In this document: piece by piece, positions 27,682-43,048 of the stretch
Position numbering within the stretch: the first letter of the stretch is position 1
Layout of the letters: each line of letters starts with the position of its first letter
Assembly: GCA_951406725.2 (NCBI GenBank)
Contig: OX597831.1
Span: 37,448,001-37,512,000 of the forward strand
DNA from: Octopus vulgaris
Lineage: Eukaryota
Length of the DNA: 64,000 bases
Direction: 5' to 3'
Program-made: the position numbers and the translations under genes
The notes under the pieces: generated by a model
The model's input: only the letters and a program-made list of their open reading frames with translations
What the model was told of the DNA's origin: nothing
The model's database searches: none

Positions 27682-29746
27682 TATTCTTTTTTTACATAAG
27701 TTATTTCTATGGTAACGTAATTTTGGTTTGATTTTTTTAACGGCTAAGAATTTAATTTCACTTCATAATTTGAAACTGACTTGTAAGTATGTTATTTATC
27801 TTTATGTCATATTGTTATTTTTGATATTCTGGTTAATTACGATGTATTTAATGTTGTTTTCATAGGAGTGTTTATGTATATGAGATTGTGTGTGAGTTTT
27901 TAGTTGTATAATTTATTTATCTGTATGAGTGTGGGTGTGTAAATATTGTTGTATATATCGAGTTTAGTGAGTATGTATATGCGTATATGTGAGGGAGTAT
28001 ATGTATCTGTTGTGTGTGTGTGTTTTGCGTGTGTGTGTGTTTCTGTGTGAATGTGTATATGGGTTTGTTATTTAGGTTTTGGGATGTATGTGTTAATTTG
28101 TCTGTGTGGGGAGGGAGTGGGTTTTGGTGTATATTGAGGTTTATAAGTTAGTATAGGTATGTGTATAAGTTGTGGGTCTGTGGTTTACGTGTGTGTATTT
28201 GTGTGTGAATGTTTAGGTTAGGGGGATTGCTATATAGGTTTGTTATAGAGTTTAGCAAAGGGAGATTTTATCGTTATATGTTTTTAAGAGTTTTGGTTTA
28301 TCATGGTTATTTTAGGGAATTCGTGGTAATTTGTCTATTTTCGATGTTGGTTGTTTTATTACATTGTTTCATTCATAATTTTTGAGTGGTGTTCGTTTTG
28401 CCACGTGAATATTATTTTTAATTCCATTTATTCCATTTCTCCATTCATTAATTTAAAGATGTTCTTTTCCAGAGCGGTTATACTTTTTATACATATGTTA
28501 AGTTCCTTGGTAAAGTAATTTTGTTTGGTGTATATGTTGAGGCTTATATGTACTTGTGGGTGTGTGTGAGTGGGGTGGGTGTTTGTATTTGTTATGGGTG
28601 TGTGGTTTACGTGTGTGTATTTGTGTGTGAATGTATAGGTTAAAGGGATTGCTATATAAGTATGTTATAGTGTTTAGTAAAGGGAGGTTTTATCATTTCT
28701 GTTTTGTGAGTTTTAGCTTATCATGGTAGTTTTATAAAAGAATCCATTCATAATTTTTGTGTTTATTTGTCTGTGTGGGGTTGAGTGGGTTTTTGGAGTA
28801 TATGTTGAGGTTTATATGTATGTATTGGTATGTGTAAGTGGTGTGGGTATTTGTATATGTCGTGGGTGTGTGGTTTACGTGTGTGTATTTGTGTGTGAAT
28901 GTTTAGGTTAGGGGGATTGCTATATAGGTTTGTTATAGAGTTTAGTAAAGGGAGATTTTATCATTATATGTTTTTATGAGTTTTGGTTTATCATGGTAGG
29001 TTTGTTAAGGAATTCGTAGTAATTTGTGTCTATTTGCGATGTCTGTTGTTTTATTGCATTGTTTCATTCATAATTTTTAAGTAGTGTTCGTTTTACCAAG
29101 TGAATATAATTTTTAATTCCATTTATTCCATTTCTCCGTTCATAATTTTGAGTGATGTCCGTTTTCTAGAGCGTGAATGTGGGTTGTATGTGTGTGTGTG
29201 TGTGGGAGTATGAATAAGTATTGTGTTGAAGTATTTAGCTATTTTATTTATTTATAGTTGCCTAGACGTTTTTATGTGTATGTATAGGGATATATATATA
29301 GGTGTGTGATTTAGTGTATGTAGTTAGATATGGTTATATATAATTAGGTATATGTGTATGGGTGTATATATAGTTTATTATTATATTATTATTATTTTTT
29401 TGTTTTGTTTTATATTTTATATTTTATATTTTATATTTAATTGTTGATAGGTTTATTTTAGTTTATATATTGTTTATATATTGATTATATATGGATTATA
29501 TATAGGTTATATATGGATTATATATTTATATTTTTTCATTCATACTTTAATTATTTTCAAATTATTATTTTTATATTTTAAAATATTGATATTTTAGATT
29601 GGAAGTCCACCTGAAGATTGTCGATCAAGACAAGAAACGATTGTAGTGGCGGTTTTTTTTACTATTTATTAAAATTTTATGTATTGATTAAGTCTTTCCT
29701 TGTTTGTTTTGCAAAATAGTGGTTTTGTCTCTAATAATATTTTATA
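27682..29746 (+). repeat. Right arm of giant inverted repeat; element continues to about 29828
   Basis: See left arm; about 80 extra bp before the (TA)n tract. Confidence 0.95.
29607..29649 (+). ncRNA. Minimal type I hammerhead ribozyme, canonical core
   Basis: ccac CTGAAGA ttgtc-gatcaa-gacaa GAAA C gatt GTA gtgg; predicted cleavage after A29645. Confidence 0.85.
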
Positions 29747-29823
29747 ATATTTTACTATAAAATTGGATTTAATCCTAAATCTGATTTTTTTTCCCTGTAA
29801 ATTTGGATTTATTCCCTAATATT

Positions 29824-29935
<112 letters not shown>

Positions 29936-30010
29936 GTACATATATATACATATATATATGTACATATATATATGTATATGTATATATACATATGTATATA
30001 TATATATATG

Positions 30011-30076
<66 letters not shown>

Positions 30077-30079
<3 letters not shown>

Positions 30080-30376
30080 TGTTAAATGCAGGCGTTATTC
30101 AAATTCTTTTACTTCCGACACATGTTTCGAAGATATTACCGGTATTATTCCAAAGAAATAAAATGGTGTAAAACAATGTAATCTTCTCTTCGGGGAAGTG
30201 AAGACATGAAACTCGTCATTATAACATTCTAGCAGAAAATGATGGATATGTATAGTCTGTTAAATGTCTTATTGACAAGTTGTACATCTTGTTATTCCTT
30301 TGGAATAATACCAGTGATATCTTCGAAACATGTGTTGGACGTAAATGAATTTGTATAACATCTGCGTTTAACTCCA
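30077..30376. mobile_element. Fold-back mini-element with 85-bp diverged arms
   Basis: 30077-30161 vs 30292-30376; tail sequence recurs at about 61232-61264. Confidence 0.85.
30111..30199 (-). ncRNA. Type I hammerhead with 6-bp stems I and II and a long loop 2
   Basis: acttcc CCGAAGA gaagat-[loop]-atcttc GAAA C atgt GTC ggaagt. Confidence 0.8.
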
Positions 30377-30660
30377 TTTATCTATTTATATATATTATAC
30401 AAACTATTTTACGTAAACCCGAAATTTCTACCTTTAAAAACAAGGAATTACAACCTTTTTACTTGTGTGATCTTTTGCTACCCTGGTAAATTCTGGTAAA
30501 ATCTGTAAATTTTTTCCGAGTCATTTGTTAACAAGGGAAAAATACACACATCTATATATATATACACAAACAGAGACACATACACACATATTTGCATAGA
30601 GTGATAGATGACTATATATATGTATATATGCATTCATATATATACAGATTTACATATATG

Positions 30661-30700
<40 letters not shown>

Positions 30701-30729
30701 TGTGTGTGTATTTGTATATATGTATACAT

Positions 30730-30995
30730 AAACGTACCGTTCTTTTGGGATTACCACTACTTTTTTTATCTCCCCTTCTTCCTAGCTCTTCTGTATGAAC
30801 CCTCTGTCCGGTATTCGCCCTGATAGATCGCTCGCCACTACACATTCTATATTTTCTTTCCTTGTTTCTTTCTGAGTTCCTTTCTGTGGAAGTGCGTGAG
30901 CTCGAAACGTTAAATAATTTTTCACTTCCCAAATGTTAAACTAATACATCTGTTTGTTGTCTACACCACCTGTCTTCATCTTTTTTTGTGTGAAT
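30730..30995 (+). mobile_element. Solo Penelope pseudo-LTR with U6 hammerhead (30880-30915)
   Basis: cttt CTGTGGA a gtgc-gtga-gctc GAAA CGTT aaat; homologous to the 705-1325 terminus. Confidence 0.75.
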
Positions 30996-31001
30996 TCCCT
31001 A

Positions 31002-31054
<53 letters not shown>

Positions 31055-31064
31055 TTATATATAC

Positions 31065-31096
<32 letters not shown>

Positions 31097-31211
31097 GTAT
31101 GTATATATATATATATGCATGTATATATATAAATGTATGTATATATATATATGTATATATATATGTATGCATGTATGTATATATATATGTATATATAAAT
31201 ATATATATATG

Positions 31212-31277
<66 letters not shown>

Positions 31278-32274
31278 TATACATGTATATATATAGTTAT
31301 ATAAATAACTATGTAAAAGTTAAATAATGAGTGTAGACAGTAATATTATTAATTGATATCAATTTAAACCTGAGGCCTAGAATACATAAAAAAATGTCTG
31401 GATACATGTTTGTCATGCTTGCTTTCATTCTGGCGTTTGCTAAAATTCTTGAGAACATATTCTTCCTTTTAAGACGATTTAGCGTCTTCTAGCAGATTAG
31501 GAATCCACCTTGGTTGCTATTCCTCTTATTTATAAAATTTATGTAACTATGTATGTATTTCCATGCATGGCTACAGCCTTAGGCTGAAACATGTAAAAGA
31601 ATATATAAAACAATGACGGTAACAATACGCAATATAAAACGAAACACGGAAAATTCAGTTGTCACAAATTATGACTGAGGGTGACGTGCTGCACCTATAT
31701 TGCTAGAAATACGAATTATAAAAACACTTAGAGCCGCAAGAAAGCACATTTTCATTTACTGATAGGGGAGATCAGTCGTTCACTATAAAACGTTCTACTA
31801 GCAAAAGAAGGTGTGTGCTTGATAAAGAAATATTTTAAGCAGCAGCACAGTGAAGGAGAAGATGTAGCATATACATAAATCTCCATATATTCTCTGTGCA
31901 CATCTTCTCCATTTATCTATTCTCAACTATATTAGTGTTTGTTTATACAAAGAGAGAGAGAGAGGGGGGGGGCTATAACTGCATTTGTGTGTATGTGTGT
32001 GTGTGTGTGCATGTGTGTGGGAATGGGAATGTAAGCGTTTCGACAAACACACGAAGAGATTAAAAACGAAACCGAAATCCAGGGAGCTCTGAGATAGAGT
32101 TGAATTTGTGAATCCAACACGTTAAGCAATCTGAACATTAATTTAGCCAACAGGATACTCGACAGAACATTCACACTTTAGTCAGTTACATTCATTGGAG
32201 CCACAGTATTGAATTTAATCTCGTCCCATATATTATTTATTGTGTTCACACTCTTAGCTCAACTCCAGGTGTAA

Positions 32275-32670
32275 TCTTTATATATAAAAGTCAAGTTGTG
32301 TGTCTGTCTCCTACGATTTAGATTCCTAACTACTCGCACATTTTGCGGTGCAGTTTAACCAAAACCGGGTATCTTATAGTCGTGATTCATATCGAGCCCT
32401 TCTGGGTATTAGCGCGCGTCTACGATGAGTATACGATTTTAAAAAAAATTACCATAATTTTCTTCCATTTTAATGCATTTTTTCGCTATTGTATAAGGGA
32501 AGTAACTCTATAAAAATGTCTACGAAGAGTCAACGATTTAAAAAAAAATTTACCATAATTTTTTTCCATTTTTAATGCATTTGTTTGCTATTTTTTGGCT
32601 ATAACTCTCTAAAAATGCTTATATAGTTATTTCCCTTACAAACCCGAGCAACGCCGGGCGATACTGCTAG
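32275..32670 (+). mobile_element. Non-autonomous Helitron
   Basis: 5' TC, 3' imperfect hairpin cccgagcaacgccggg then CTAG, inserted between A and T, no TSD. Confidence 0.85.
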
Positions 32671-33934
32671 TTATCTATATTCATCATCCCGTCCAGAATA
32701 TAAGATGTACATGTTGAAATGTTTTCGCGCTGAATGACTCGTAAAGAAACCAAAATCATAACCAGAATTTATCGTGTCATTCAAGGAGTGTTTGTGAAAG
32801 ACATGGCAGCATTTCTCGTCGTCCTTAGCTAATCCAAGTTCTAACGCATACAAATCAAGCACCAGTAATAAAATGTGGTCCGTTCTATCTATTAATCACT
32901 TTCTCATCCCTTAACATGCAGATGATATGTGGTTGTATTTAAAGTCCTTTACCTGAATGGAAAGAATTTGAGTAGAGCCAGCAGCCCTTTTTTAACGACA
33001 CTATATTTATTAGCTGTTTAACGTCAATTCATTTCATTTACGATGCGCGTGATGTTGAGTAAAGGTCATAGCACTGAAGGAAAGGTTAATAAAAATGTAT
33101 AAACGACGAAGAATTTAATTCTTCATCTTAAACATCTTAAAACATGGAGATTGTGGCTGTTCAAGCGACTAATATCATAACATCTACGAGTGGGGAATAC
33201 TGCTGACTGGAAGAGAATGTGAAAGAGAAAGAAAGGGGGAGAGAGAGAGAGAGAGAGAGGGGAAGGAGAGTAAGTTCCCGAATATATATCATTTATATAA
33301 AACCAGGCGTTTTGCAGGAATATAATTCAATAATTTATATATTTCGTGAGAATTATTTCTTGCTAAATCCCTCAAGTGACAATTATACCATTCCGTAATG
33401 TGAATCTAACGAGGAATACAGCAACGTTAAATGCATTCTGGTTTAGGGATTGTGTTCTTGCCTCTACTTATTTATCAAAACTGCAGATCTAGTGAATAGC
33501 AGAACCGCTAGAATTTCTGAAGACATAAAAGTCCTGTAGCATTTAGTTAAGTCCGTATATGCCTAGAGATCAAATTATTCTGGGGTTATCTTGACATTTA
33601 CTTGAACCAGGGTCAATATAATACGTAATCATCAAGTACAGGGTCATTGTCATCGAATGTACACCTTTGAGTTATTTCTTACAAAAATATATATTAAAAA
33701 TAAAATATTAGTGTTAGGATGTTGAAAAACATTGGAGTCGATAGAGAGACTTCAAAATTACTTTTATAATATTTGAATTCATCGATTTGTCTTCTATGTT
33801 TAAATCACTGAGAATTCAAACAAACGTTATATATAAATATAATAACTGTATACACTCACACATACATACATACATATATACATATATGCATGCATAAATA
33901 CATTCCAATTTTAGGAATTACATACATACATGCA

Positions 33935-33970
<36 letters not shown>

Positions 33971-33976
<6 letters not shown>

Positions 33977-35122
33977 TCCCCCAAAAAATGTATGCACAGT
34001 TTAAATAATTGTAAAGTAGGTGTTTATTAAAATACATTTCATTTTCAAAATTTAATAGAATCTACAGACATTGTTTTATTGTTTTGTCAACACCTGTTTT
34101 CAATCTGACGTCTGTTCTGGTCCAGGCACTGCTGACAACGCGAAGCAATGGAATCGCAAACATCACGAAACAATTCGTTTGGTATTTGTGTGCATTCTCG
34201 TTCAATGGCTGATCTCAAATCAGCGACTGTTGCAGGGTTTCATAGCGTAGAATTTTGTCTTTTATGTATCTCCATTGAAAAAAGTCTAGTGGTGTGAGGT
34301 ATGGTGAATGCAGTGGGTATTCAACGAAACCCTTTCTTCTAATCCAACTGTTTCACAAAATCATATCAAGGAAGGATCTAACATCGCGATGGTAGTGTGG
34401 GGGTGCCCCGTCTTGCTGAAAATAAAACTCCTCATCTTCAAAGTCTCCTCTAATACTTTGGCATGACAGACCGTAGCGTCAAAAAAGAATGATCCAAAAT
34501 TAACATGTTGTTCCACCATAACATGCGGATTCTCAAGTCCCCAGTAGGTATAATTGTGACGGTTAATTGAACCATTTAATTTGAATGTGGCCTCATCACT
34601 CCACATAATCTTTGTTGGAGTGCGTGCATCTTCTTCACATCGTGTCAAGTGCTACTCGCAATACTGCATTCTTCGGTCTGAATCGTCGCCATTAATAACA
34701 TGGAATAATTTCGGAACGTAACTTTTCCATTGAGATGCCTACCTCAAAACTCAAACCTGGCTTGCTACCTCAAAACTCGCTTGCTGCAGATTTTTATTCG
34801 GTTTTGGTGATACGTCTCCAACATTCCTTCTTGCTTTGCGGGGTTGTCGATGTTCCTGGTCTTCCGGAAAGGCCTCTCGTGGACATTCTGAATAGTTCCA
34901 GCAGCTTCAAACTAATCTTCAGTTCGGGTGATTGTACGTCTCACTGGTGGTTTCTGTTTGAAACAACCTCCAAAACTGTCTTTGCACTTCAACTGTTTCC
35001 ACACTTCCAGCAGCATTTTAGAATGAATTTCCTTTGTTCAAAGCTAAGGCTGATTGCCATCATTAATTCCAGTGGGCTTAAGCTGAAAAGAAAAGACATC
35101 ACCTGAGTTATCAGTGGCTAAC

Positions 35123-35130
<8 letters not shown>
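33971..35130 (-). mobile_element. Decayed Tc1/mariner transposon, DD41D (rosa-type) transposase
   Basis: MAISLSFEQRK..., [21 protein letters not shown]...TPLDFF with 41 codons between the 2nd and 3rd D; stops, frameshifts and TA flanks. Confidence 0.88.
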
Positions 35131-35195
<65 letters not shown>

Positions 35196-35204
35196 TATAT
35201 ATAA

Positions 35205-35397
35205 TGATCGATCCCTAGCCACTAAACCCTAAACCTTTATTATTTTCTCTCTGTTTATCATTTCTGTGTTCTTTCCTGTCGAAGAGCGTAGGTTCGAAAC
35301 GTAAAAGACTTTCTCACTTTCCGAGCGTTAAACTAATACATCTGCTTGTTGTTTACACACCCGTCTTCGTCTTTTGTTCTTTTTGTAAATTATCAAT
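35205..35397 (+). mobile_element. Solo Penelope pseudo-LTR with U6 hammerhead (35272-35307)
   Basis: CTGTCGA a gagc-gtag-gttc GAAA C GTA aaag. Confidence 0.75.
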
Positions 35398-36029
35398 ATA
35401 TATATGTATGTATGTATGTATTTATGTATGTATGTATGTATGTATGTATGTATGTATGTATGTATGTATGTATGGATTGATGGATGGATGGATGGATGGA
35501 TGGGTGTATAATGATTGATTGAACCGAAATAGACTGGTATAAAAGTTTAACACTGCTTGGTTGTTTTAGTTCATCCTAATGTTACCAAGATACTGTGTAG
35601 AAAACCTCAAACAATAATTCTCGAGCACATTTTACTAATGCTATATCTTTAATATTGCCGATTTCCTTTAAGTAATTCCGGTGTTTTATCGAGTTTCACT
35701 TACCTCCTTCCTAGTGAATACATTTCCGTTTTGGAAACATTGTTATAACTGGAATTGATAAAATAAAGCCACACGGGGCTTCGTTGATTGCAATATATTT
35801 ATCTACAGTTGGTGTAAAGTTGGACGTCGAAAGAATCTCGCTGCTGAAATTGTCTAGGCAGAAATGTTTCCATGATCCACTTTTCACGAACGTGATAAAT
35901 ATAAGTGCACAGATATATACTTGAATGAACGCTGCTTCGTGCATCTCTAGTTAATTAATTGCAGCTTCAACAGGCTTTGCTCACATTAACAAATGTACAA
36001 TTTGAGATTTAAATATAAAAAAATGGCTA

Positions 36030-36440
36030 TTCTTATTTCTTTATTGCCTACAAGGGTCTAAACATAGGGGGGGGGTCAAACGAGGATAGACAAAGGGATT
36101 AAGTTGATTACATCGACCCCAGTACGTAACTGGTACTTAATTTATCGACCCCGAAAGGATAAAAGGCAAAGTCGACCTCGGTGGAATTTGAACTCAGAAA
36201 GTAAAAGCAGACGAAATACCTATTTCTTTACTACCCACAAGGGTCTAAACACAGAGCGGAGAAACAATGACAGACAAACGGATTAAGTAGATTATATCGA
36301 CCCCAGTGCGTAACTAGAACTTAATTTATCGACCCCGAAAGGATGAAAGGCAAAGTCGACCTCGGTGGAATTTGAACTTAGAAAGTAACAGCAGACGAAA
36401 TACTGCTAAGTATTTCGTCTGACTTGCTAACGTTTCTGCT
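36030..36440 (-). mobile_element. Dimeric Nin-domain SINE
   Basis: Two ~190-bp units joined at gacgaaatacc|tatttc. Confidence 0.88.
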
Positions 36441-36599
36441 ATTCGGCTATTCTTAGTGGGTTATGAACGATGGAAGCAGTGTCCGTAAATGATGAAGCGG
36501 AACAACGAAGGGACACAGGCATCCTATGATTCGATGACGTAATTCATAGCCCACTGGTTTGATTTTATAAGTATTTTATAAGTATTATCTACAAGAAGA

Positions 36600-36792
36600 T
36601 CAAAGACGGCGAACTGGCAGATACGTTAGCACTTCGTCTGTCTGCACGTTCTGAGATCAAATCCTGCCGAGGTCGTCTTTGCCTTTCATACTTTCGGGTT
36701 CGATAAATTAAGTACCAGTGAAACACTGGGGTAGATGTAAACAGCTTGTCCTGTCCCCCAAATTTTCTGGCCTTGTGCCTATAGTAGAAAGG
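36600..36792 (+). mobile_element. Nin-domain SINE with an alternative tail and TSD
   Basis: attatct(ac/gt)aagaaga on both sides. Confidence 0.8.
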
Positions 36793-36929
36793 ATTATCTG
36801 TAAGAAGAATATATACTCCAAGCTAAGTGTGTCCGTCCAGGTACACAAACGTTATTAATAATTATAGAAATATACATCATTTAACCGGTCAGATTTGATA
36901 TATTTTCCTATCACTAATTACACAATCTG

Positions 36930-37137
36930 AACTCTGTAGAATTGTTAGCACGCGGGCAAAATGATTTGCGGTGTTTCGTCTATCTTAACGTTCGGAGTTC
37001 AAATTCTGCCGAGGTCGACTTTGCCTTTCATCTTTTCGGGTCGATAAATTAAGTACCAGTAAAACACTGGTGATCTAAGTAATCGACTACCCCCTCTCCC
37101 CAAACTTCAGGCCTTGTTTCTTCAGAAGAAAGGATTA
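36930..37137 (+). mobile_element. Nin-domain SINE
   Basis: Nin domain present; attacac(a/t)atct flanks. Confidence 0.8.
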
Positions 37138-37314
37138 ATTACACTATCTAGATAGCCTATATTCATCTTCTCAGAGGCCTACGTTGACAGTCATGTCCCA
37201 CAGTTTTATAATCTTGTCTATATCACGTAGCAAATGTGGTTCCTGGTTACATAAATTTTACTTTTCTTTTAAAAGTATCTGCCTGATGTCCAAAAGGCAA
37301 AACAATTAATATAA

Positions 37315-38088
37315 TATTCTTTTCTACTCTAGGTACAAGGGGATGGGGGCTAGTCTATTTGATCGACCCTAGCACGCAACTGGTACTTAATTTCTCGACC
37401 TCGAAAGCAAAGTCGACCTCGGCAGAATAGAACGTAAAGACAGATGAAATACCCATTTCTTTATTACTCTCAAGGGGCTAAGCACGGAGAGGACAAACAA
37501 GGGCAGAAAAACGGATTAAGTCGATTATATCGACCCCAGTGCGTAAATGGTACTTATTGAATCGACCCCGAAATGATGAAAGGCAAAGTCGACCTCGGCG
37601 CAATTTGAACTCAGAACTTAGCGGCAGACGAAATACCTATTTCTTTACTACCCACAAGGGGCTAAACATGGAGGGGACAAACAAGGACAGACAAAGGGAT
37701 TAAGTCGATTATATCGAGTCCAGTGCGTAACTGGTACTTTATTTATCGAGGCGGCGAGCTAGCAGAAGCGTTAGCACACCGGGCGAAATGCTTTGCGGTA
37801 CTTCGTCTGCCGTTACGTTGTGAGTTCAAATTCTGCCGAGGTCGACTTTGCCTTTCATCCTTTCGGGGTCGATAAATTAAGTACCAGTTACGCACTGGGG
37901 TCGATGTAATCGACATAATACCTATGTCTGTCCTTGTTTGTCCCCTCTATGTTTAGCCCCTTGTGGGTAATAAAGAAATAGGTACTTAATTTATCGACCC
38001 CGAAAGGATGAAACACACAGTCGACCTCGGCGGAATTTGAACTCAGAACGTAGCGGCAGATGAAACACCGCTAAGCAATTCGCCGCCT
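37315..38088 (-). mobile_element. Trimeric Nin-domain SINE array interrupted by an opposite-strand copy
   Basis: Unit junctions at about 37453 and 37638; resumes at 37981. Confidence 0.85.
37750..37980 (+). mobile_element. Full-length Nin-domain SINE nested in its own family, 17-bp TSD
   Basis: ggtactt(t/a)atttatcga at 37733-37749 and 37981-37997. Confidence 0.9.
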
Positions 38089-38662
38089 TACAACCCATGT
38101 AATATTATTTGTAGATCTATTTTCTCTTTGGAAAAACTTTACGTATAATTGGGATATGAACTATAGTCACTTAATATTGACTGTACAGTTTTGAGTTTAT
38201 GTTAGCCGCTTATCTTTTTCTATATGATTTCTTTTTTGAATTTAGTATAAGCTGTGGTAACATTCAGCTAAATGAGAACTTTGAAATTTTGTCTTGATTT
38301 CCAATCCTTGTTTCTCTCTTTTTTGGGGTGGGGTGGGGGTGGGTGGGGGGCATTCCTGGCTTTTATATCAATTATTCTCATACACACTGTTTAGTACTTA
38401 TGAGATATTGACTATGGGGTAAGTTTATTAATACATCAGTCTCTTTTCGGCTAGTATCACTTTGCATTCTGCTTTGACATTAAAACTTTCATTTCAATAA
38501 CACAATGTTTTTGTGCGTGTTCATGTTAAACATTTATCTCAGTGAAAAAAGCTTGTGGTTTGAAAAATGATATACACATACATATACCCATAGGCATATA
38601 TTCATGCGCATATATATATATATATATATATATACACGTAAATATGTAAATATATATATATA

Positions 38663-38702
<40 letters not shown>

Positions 38703-38913
38703 TACATTTATATATATATGTGTGTGTATACACATGTATGCATATTATAGATATATATCTACATAATAGGCATTCATGTATATAAATATATACATATATA
38801 TATATACAGAATAATGTATATATATACACACACATGTTAATATATATATATATATATATATACTTACATATAGATATATATATTCACATATTCAGATATC
38901 TATACATAAATGC

Positions 38914-38977
<64 letters not shown>

Positions 38978-39405
38978 ACACATACATACACGTAAATTGT
39001 TTTCTTTCTTTTCGTGTTCCTCGAGTATTTTAATGAAACTACATTGGATTACTTCTGACTGGTTTTGAAGATTATGGTAACATCCAAAGCTTTCGATAAC
39101 GTAACACGTGTGACGGAACGTATTACTCATAAAACAACACTAGTGAATGAAGTTGAAAGATGTGGCTATCAAGAGTGTGACATGCATTATATATTCGCGT
39201 GTATTTCTCCTGTGCTGATATATTTGCAACGTCACAAACTTTGGCATGTGAGAACCGCCTACATCAAGCTTCGTTCGTATGTCTTTCCTGTGCACCAACT
39301 CATGTATGTATAGATATTTATACATAATATGATACATAACATATAACATACAAGGAGGAGAGAGAGAGAGAAACATACACACTTAAGTATGTTTATCTAT
39401 TTAAA

Positions 39406-39437
<32 letters not shown>

Positions 39438-39893
39438 ATATATACACAGGCACATATATTTATACATGCATACGTTCCTACTCACACACAATCTTACATA
39501 TATGTGTGTGTGCGTGTATGTCTGCATCTCTATGTGTCTCTCTGTCTCTGGGGGCAAAGATGCCTGGTCTTGGGGCTTAGGGTGATGCATACGTATTCGA
39601 TTTCCTTCAGGAAAATACTCCGTCTCGCATCTCACGTTGCTATGCGTGTAGGAGAGAGGTAGAGTTGTCGGTTCGTTGAGAGAAATGCTTTACCATATAT
39701 CTTCCGACTCACAATGGCATGAGATCAGATCACACATGTGTAGGGAAGGCAATGGAGAACCACTTTAATATTCATCGCAAGTCTAGTCATGGTCATCGAA
39801 GTTCCAGTAATCTTGGGGATAGGGTAGGACACTGGTAGAATGATGCATATGAACTATATGCACAGGCCCTGACCAAAAGTAGAGAGGACACAA

Positions 39894-39992
<99 letters not shown>

Positions 39993-40585
39993 CATACATA
40001 AATACATACACACACATATATATACATATATATATATAATACATGCAGATATATATATATATATAATTGCTCAAAATGTGGAGTAAATAAAACAGGTGAC
40101 AACTGATGAAGGGTCTTTCTTTATGATATTTGTCTTGTTTTCTATTCCTTTCTTTCGTTATTCGCAAACGTTTCGTATTCCATGTTTTCGTATTTCATAT
40201 TGTGTACGTTCTATGACATCCTGTACCCATATATGCATATGTACATACATATATTTATAAGCATGTACATATATCATATATGTACGTATAAGCATGTAAA
40301 TATATCATATATGTACGTATATATACATTAGTTTATGCTAGCTTTCTCATCTATCCTCCTCAGTTATTCTAATACGAAAATTCGGACCTGCAAGTACATC
40401 TATTCATTTCTATGTATTTGCTTGTATATTTATATATTTTTATATGTTTATAAGTTCCGGATAATATTTAACATGCCTCATATATGTGTATGCATCTATG
40501 TATATTGTGGAGAATTTCGATAATATGAAATGGATTGAATGACTATATACACCCACATCTGAAATTTACTTCTTTCCTTCTTAAT

Positions 40586-40654
<69 letters not shown>

Positions 40655-40666
40655 TATATATATATA

Positions 40667-41224
<558 letters not shown>

Positions 41225-41358
41225 TTAGGAAAGAAATTCGTTAGGTGAAAATTAAAATTTACCTCCAATTTCTGGCGTGTCGTCTTGACATTTGAGTCAT
41301 CATTCTCTAAGATGTCCGGTCAACACATTTCCAGCCTGTATGTGTATGATGCATTTAC

Positions 41359-41595
41359 CTATTTCTTTACTACCCACAAGGGGCTAAACACAGAGGAGGC
41401 AAAGAAGGACAGACAAACGGATTAAGTCGATTATATCGACCCCAGTGCGTAACTGGTACTTATTTAATCGACCCCGAAAGGATGAAAGGCAAAGTCGACC
41501 TCGGCGGAATTTGAACGCAGAACGTAACGGCAGATAAAATGCGGCTAGGCATTTCGCCTGGCGTGCTAACGTTTCTGCCAGCTCGCCGCCTTAAA
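41359..41595 (-). mobile_element. Nin-domain SINE with 13-bp TSD
   Basis: atgatg(c/t)atttac on both sides. Confidence 0.9.
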
Positions 41596-41817
41596 ATGAT
41601 GTATTTACGATGAAGAATACATCATCACGAGGTGAAACAATGGCTTATACAGAAAGTCTTCTCCGTTATTATAATTTTCTTTTTCTTTCTAGTTTATCTC
41701 ATTTGTAACTCACAACATTCTGCTTTCATTTTCATCTCTTATTTAAAGATCATTATTTCTTTTGTGTTTTATCTTGAAAAGTATTTCTCTCGGTGCATTC
41801 ATCTTATAATTTGTACT

Positions 41818-41861
<44 letters not shown>

Positions 41862-42599
41862 AAACACACACACACATACACATACACACACATATATATA
41901 CACACATATGTATGCATGTATATGTATATATATATATTATATATGCATAATGCATAAAGCATACATATATATATACATGTATATAAGTACATATACATAT
42001 GCATATATATATATATCCTTATATATATAATTTATATATATATGTACATTATATGTACACTTATGTGCATATACATATACATACATGCATAATGCATATA
42101 TGTATATATACATACAAGCATATATATGTATGCATATGTATATATACATAGAAAAAGAGTCTCTTTTTTCACGTTCTCGTATTACAGGTATCGTATTAAT
42201 GACTGGAACTGAGATTGCTTCTAACTGCCCGTCTTGATTATTATGTCATTCAAGTCTGCCTAGAAATAACACGAATGACTGAGCATATTATTCATAAGAC
42301 AACTCATACTTTATTGAGTTGAAATTAATTGGCTATCAATTATGGGACTTGTATTATATATAAACACAAGTACTTGTACTGCTCGAAATACATAGAAAAC
42401 AAAGAAAGGTTTAGCACGCGAGAAACATCTACATCATACTTGGATTGTATATTTTTTTCTATATTTGTCTCTACATCACTCGGATCAGCATCAGTTTCAG
42501 AACAAAAAAGTATGATTATAGTCAAATGAATACCTCGTTCATTTATGCATGCTATATTGATTTACAATACTAATACAGGTGTACCCGAACACAAACATG

Positions 42600-42828
42600 T
42601 ACTCTTTGACTCTTTTACTTGTTTCAGTCATTTCCCGGCAGTCATGCTGGAGCACCGCCTTTAGACGAGCAAATCGACCCCAGGACTTATTCTTTATAAG
42701 CCTAGTACGTATTCTATCGAACCTCTTTTGCCGAACCGCTAACTTACGGGGACGTACATACACCAGCGTCGGCTGTCAAGCGATGTTGGGCGGAAAAACA
42801 CAGACACACAAATATATACATACATATA

Positions 42829-42888
<60 letters not shown>

Positions 42889-43048
42889 ACGGGATTCGTT
42901 CAGTTTCCGTTTACCAAATCCATTCAAGGCTTTGGTTTGTCCAAGGCTTTAGTAGAAGACACTTGCCCAAGGTGCCACGCATTGGGACTGAACCGGAAAC
43001 CATGCGGTTGGTAAGCAAACTACTTACCACGTAGCCACTCCCACGCCT
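42600..43048 (-). mobile_element. CORE-like SINE; a decayed plus-strand copy follows at about 43065-43400
   Basis: Family similarity. Confidence 0.85.

Noticed and set aside
35697-35944. Minus-strand 77-aa ORF with a nearby perfect AG|GTAAGT donor
   Set aside because: The ORF stops before the donor, no homology was recognised, and such 8-mers are expected by chance.
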